A DNA stretch of 64,000 nucleotides from Blastocladiella emersonii ATCC 22665 (Eukaryota; Fungi; Blastocladiomycota): positions 1,116,001 through 1,180,000 of the forward strand of contig JANHCV010000010.1 of assembly GCA_025594325.1 (NCBI GenBank), read 5' to 3'. Position numbers and translations under genes: made by a program. A model generated the notes under the pieces. That model ran no database searches, had not been told where the DNA came from, and saw only the letters and a list, made by a program, of their open reading frames with translations. Below are positions 60,965 to 64,000 of the stretch, piece by piece (positions within the stretch are counted from its first letter, which is position 1; each line of letters starts with the position of its first letter).

Positions 60965-63900
60965 ATGACCAACCTGAACTACGACACGGTCGCCGTCGCG
61001 CCCGCCCCCGACGACCACGGCCACGGCCACGGCCGCGGGCTGACCGACGCCGGCCCCACCACCGCCGACCCGCCGTCCTCGAACCGCCGCATCAGCCACT
61101 CGGAGACGGTCGCGCTGCAGATCGTGTACCGCACGCTGACCCAGGAGCTGACGCAGCCCGCGAGCGTGGCGGGCGGCGCGCACGGGTCGGGTTCCTCTCT
61201 GACCGACCTCGCCGCGACGCACGGCGACGTGCACAAGCTGTCGCCGCACGCGCTCGAGCTGCGCTTCGCCACGTCCCTGGCCACAGGCCTCGACGACGGC
61301 GCCGTCGCGCGCCGGCTCGCCAAGTTCGGGCCCAACGTTATCGCGCCGCCGCCCGCGCGGTGGGCCGCCATGGCCGCGAACTACTTGTTCGGCGGGTTCG
61401 CGGGGATCATGTGGGTTGCGGCGGCTATCACGTTTATTGCCTGGGGTACGCTTCTTCTCGTCGATCTCCTCCATGTTCTTGCAGCAGATGCTGATCACCG
61501 CGACTCGCTCCCCTTCCCGTAGAGCCGCTCGGCGGCGACAACCCGTCCGCCTCGACGCTGGCCCTGGCCGTGACCATCCTGCTCGTCATCTTCCTTCAGG
61601 CCGGCTTCACCGCGTTCCAGGACTTCAAGTCGTCGCGCATCATGGCCTCGATCGACGCCATGCTCCCGTCCTCCGCCACCGTCATCCGCAACGGCGGCGC
61701 GCACGCCACGGTCCCCGTCGCCGACCTGGTCCCCGGCGACCTCGTCGTGCTGCGCTACGGCCAGAAGGTGCCCGCCGACCTGCGCCTCGTCCGCGTCTCC
61801 GGCCTGCGCATCGACAACTCGATGCTGACGGGCGAGGCCGACCCGGTCCACGCCACGACGGACGCGACGGACCCCGTCCTCCTCGAGTCGCGCAACATCG
61901 CGCTCATGGGCACGCTCGTGTGCGAGGGCGAGGGCGTCGGCGTCGTCGTCGCTTCGGGGAACCGCGCTGTCATGGCCCAGGTCGCGCGGCTCGCGGGCGC
62001 GTCCGACGCGGCCGCTGCTGGCGACGCCAGTCCTTCGGCTGCCGCCGCCGCCGCCGCCAAACCCCCGCCGACGGCGGCGCCCATGACGACGCTGCAGCGC
62101 GAGATCAACGCGTTCGTCAAGATCATCGCCATGATCTCTTTGACGACCGCCAGCGTGTGTCTGGCGTGGTACTTTGCGTTCCTGCACGTGCGGTTCCCGC
62201 GGTTCCTCGACACCCCGACGGCGCTGTCGACCGTGGCGGGCATCCTCGTCGCGTACGTGCCCGAGGGCCTGCCGATCGCGACCACGCTCGCGCTGTCGAT
62301 CGTCGCGCGCCGGCTGCTCGGCCACCGCGTGCTCGTCAAGAACCTCGCCGTCGTCGAGACCCTCGGGTGCTGCAGCGTGCTGTGCTCCGACAAGACAGGC
62401 ACGCTCACGACGAATGTGATGAGCGTCAACTCGGTCGCGGTCGGTGTCGCGGACGCGGCGGTCCCGGTGGCCGAGATTACGGCGACGTCGCCGGCTGCGA
62501 TCGCGCTCACGACCGCCGCCATCGTGTGCAACGGGTCGCGGTTCGACGGGCCCGCGTCGGACCCCGTCGCGACGCGCCGCATCGTCGGCGACCCGACCGA
62601 CGCGGCGCTGTTCCGGTTCGGCCACATGCACACGCCCGCGGACGTCGCGGCGGGCGCCGACGCGCTGCTGCGCCTCGCGCACGTGCCGTTCAACTCCAAG
62701 ACCAAGCGCATGGTGACGGTCGTCGGTGCCGGCGGCGCGGCGTCCGAGTCGGCGGCGGCGACTCTGCGTGTCCTCGCGGGCGCACCGGCCGAGCAGGTCC
62801 TCCTCGTCAAGGGCGCGCCCGACTACCTCCTCCCGCTCGCGCGGCGGTACATCTCGGCCGACGACGGGACCGAGCGCCCGCTGACCGCCGCCGCCGCCGC
62901 GCAGCTCGCGCGAACCCAAGCCGCGCTCTCCGCGCGCGGCGAGCGCGTGATCCTCCTCGCGCGGCAAGTCCCCCCCGCGCCGTTCCCCACCGACGACGAC
63001 ACCGTCGACCGCGACGCGTGGCTCAACACGACGCTCGCGGACCACGGGCTGACGGTGCTCGGTCTCGTCGGGCTTGTCGACCCGCCGCGGCCCGAGATCC
63101 CGGGCGTCGTGCGCGCGCTGCGCGGCGCGGACGTGCGCGTGTTCATGGTCACGGGCGATTTCCCGGCCACGGCGGCGGCGATCGCGCGCGCCACGGGGAT
63201 CGTGACGCGGGACGTCGTGCACTCGGCCGAGGAGCTGCGCGAGCGCGTGCGCCGCATGGCGCGCGAGCCGTGTGCGGCCGCGGCCGGTGGGGGTAAGCAG
63301 AAGAAGAAGGGCGATCGGTCCACGACGATACTCACCATGGCGGCGGCGGCCGCGGCTGGAGCGGCTGGGGAAGGCGACGAGGTGCCGTACGCGCTGACGC
63401 CGCTGCCCGCGTCGGCGTCGGACTCTGAGCGCGCGGGGCGTGTGTACCGCGACGCGGCGCTGGTTCTGTCGGGTGCCGATTTAACCGGGATGACGGCGGC
63501 GCAGTGGGCGGCGGCGTGCGACTACGACGAGTTGGTATTTGCGCGGACGACGCCCGAGCAGAAGCTGCGGATCGTGCAGGCGCTGCAGGCGCGCGGCGAG
63601 ACGGTGGCGGTGACGGGCGACGGGGTCAACGACGCGCCGGCGCTCAAGAACGCGGACCTCGGGATCGCCATGGGCAGCGGGGCCGATGTCGCCATGGCGG
63701 CCGCCGACATGGTGTTCCTCGACAGTAACTTCTCGGCCATGGTCATGGCGCTGCGGCTCGGGCGCGCCGTGTTCGAGAACCTCAAGAAGGTGTGCCTGTA
63801 CCTGCTGCCCGCGGGGAGTTTCTCGGAGCTCACACCCGTCCTCGCCAACCTGTTCCTGGGCGTCCCGCTCCCGCTGTCCGGGTTCCTCATGATCATCGTG

Positions 63901-64000
63901 TGCGTCGTCACGGACCTGTTCCCGTCGCTCGCGCTGGTGCTCGAGGACGCCGAGGCCGACCTGCTCGCGCGCGCGCCGCGCCGCCCGGGCCGCGACGCCA
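60965..64000 (+). CDS. P-type ATPase, type IIC-like (Na,K/H,K-ATPase alpha-like); exons 60965-61445 and 61523-beyond the window end (3' partial)
   Basis: FGPNVIAPP, DNSMLTGE, AYVPEGL, CSDKTGTLT, PFNSKTK, KGAP, DPPR, MVTGD, FARTTPEQK and TGDGVNDAPALK. Confidence 0.93.

Overview
High-GC, intron-containing eukaryotic DNA. Introns are short, with GTACG/GTATG donors, CTGAC/CTAAC branch points and YAG acceptors. The gene content fits an early-diverging zoosporic fungus, most plausibly Blastocladiomycota; this is an inference, not a database assignment. The window is a gene-dense backbone of conserved genes: EXO1, mitochondrial S19, SSRP1/POB3, GMF, a small ankyrin protein, ERB1, a syntaxin, a THUMP protein, KEL3/KLHDC4, a PanK-DUF89 fusion, a MAP4K-CNH kinase, a DUF707 protein, a PRL phosphatase, beta-tubulin, PPP1R21, a Rim15/Greatwall-like kinase and a type IIC-like P-type ATPase truncated by the window edge. 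Accessory blocks at about 2.9-9.6 kb, 11.9-13.3 kb and 29.5-38.2 kb are visibly less GC-rich. They hold a lineage-specific family with an F-box-like N-terminus, degenerate ankyrin-like repeats and, in most members, a 26-residue LRR array. Members range from intact to truncated, frameshifted and relic. Four members share an ATCAYGTG E-box about 90-125 bp upstream of the ATG. A covarying ~105-nt hairpin element lies just downstream of two relic members. No rRNA, tRNA, CRISPR array or transposase/RT gene was recognised. All exon calls are by eye.
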